A stretch of DNA of 64,000 nucleotides from Armatimonadota bacterium (GTDB lineage: Bacteria > Armatimonadota > Zipacnadia > Zipacnadales > UBA5352): positions 26,641-90,640 of the forward strand of contig JAYENL010000314.1 of NCBI GenBank assembly GCA_034722055.1. The letters run 5' to 3'. A program made the translations under genes and the position numbers. The notes under the pieces are model-generated. The model saw only the letters and a list, made by a program, of their open reading frames with translations, did not search any database and was not told where the DNA came from. Below, piece by piece: positions 63,213 to 64,000 of the stretch (position 1 is its first letter; each line of letters starts with the position of its first letter).

Positions 63213-64000
63213 ATGCGGACCCCGCGCGATTCGGACATCTCGGTGCTGGACACTGACATCATCCTGGAGCCACAGCAGGCCCGCACGCCGCTGAAGTTCG
63301 GTGCAGTGGTGGTGGAGAGCGTGCCGTTCTGCAAGGTGCGGGTGACGGTGGAGAACGGGAACCACGACGTGGCGGAGGGATGGGGCGGGATCTTCCTGAT
63401 GGACCAGTGGGGGTGGCCGGACCCCTCGGTCTCCCACGAGGACAAGCAGCGGGTGATGCAGCGCGTGGTGGAGGACTACGTGCACCTGGTGGCCACCCAT
63501 CCGGGCAACTGCCACCCCATCGACATCTTCACGGACCTGGAGGACGACCTGGCGCGGGTCAGCCGGGAGGCCTGCGAGATGGAGGGCGTCGATGCCCAGC
63601 AGCCCTTCCTGAGCGCCCTGATCTGCGCGTCACCGACGGACGCGGCGCTGCACGACGCCTTCGGCAACGTCAACGCCATCGACACCTACGATGGCTACGG
63701 GCCGGAGCTGATGGATGACCTCAGCAAGTGGCTGGGGCCTGAGTTCGAGGCCGAGTACCCCCAGCAGTACATCCGCGACGAGTATCTCCCCAAGGTGCCC
63801 ATCTTTCACCTGGTGGGCGGGCTGGACAAGCTCACCCGCGACGAGCTCGACGAGTCCGACCCCGACGACGGCCTGCCCAACTGCCTGGCGGACTGGATCG
63901 CGCACGAGGGGATGTACTGCCTGAAGGTCAAGCTGCGCGGTGACGACCTGGACTGGGACGTCGAGCGCATGATCGCCGTCCACGACGTGGGCCGGGAGGA
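63213..64000 (+). CDS. Enolase-superfamily (mandelate racemase / muconate lactonizing enzyme-like) protein, N-terminal about 260 aa (partial; runs off the window end)
   Basis: Open frame from ATG 63213 to the window end, but not in the supplied ORF track. N-terminal capping-domain-like sequence, then 'GMYCLKVKLRGDDLDWDVERMIAV' (the KxK barrel motif). Confidence 0.45.
   Translation, partial: MRTPRDSDISVLDTDIILEPQQARTPLKFGAVVVESVPFCKVRVTVENGNHDVAEGWGGIFLMDQWGWPDPSVSHEDKQRVMQRVVEDYVHLVATHPGNCHPIDIFTDLEDDLARVSREACEMEGVDAQQPFLSALICASPTDAALHDAFGNVNAIDTYDGYGPELMDDLSKWLGPEFEAEYPQQYIRDEYLPKVPIFHLVGGLDKLTRDELDESDPDDGLPNCLADWIAHEGMYCLKVKLRGDDLDWDVERMIAVHDVGRE

Overview
This is a high-GC (about 70%) bacterial chromosomal window. 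It is densely coding and has no rRNA, tRNA, CRISPR array, integrase or transposase.

The content falls into four groups:
- Housekeeping genes: rimO and gltX.
- A sulfur-assimilation set: cysK; a homocysteine-synthesis gene with its partner ferredoxin, of the type described in methanogens; and sat-cysC.
- Several minus-strand sugar-catabolic operons: xylulokinase, glycerate kinase, five xylose-isomerase-like TIM-barrel proteins, two Gfo/Idh/MocA oxidoreductases, an aldo/keto reductase, a class II aldolase and a NagB-like deaminase.
- A polysaccharide-degradation island: a glycoside hydrolase with a malectin domain, an FAD oxidoreductase, a ceramidase-like hydrolase, a heparinase II/III-like lyase and a BNR sialidase-like protein.

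Also present:
- a GT2 synthase paired with a polytopic membrane protein;
- a CHASE2-GAF-PAS histidine kinase translationally coupled to DUF951 and Cys-cluster proteins;
- a MoxR / DUF58 / transglutaminase triad;
- an orphan single-TRD HsdS-like gene heading a catabolic operon;
- a phosphoketolase gene remnant.

The long intergenic gaps carry at least three families of dispersed REP/MITE-like repeats, which no coding feature explains. No single obvious novel system, such as a defence island, is visible. The most unusual spots are listed as findings.
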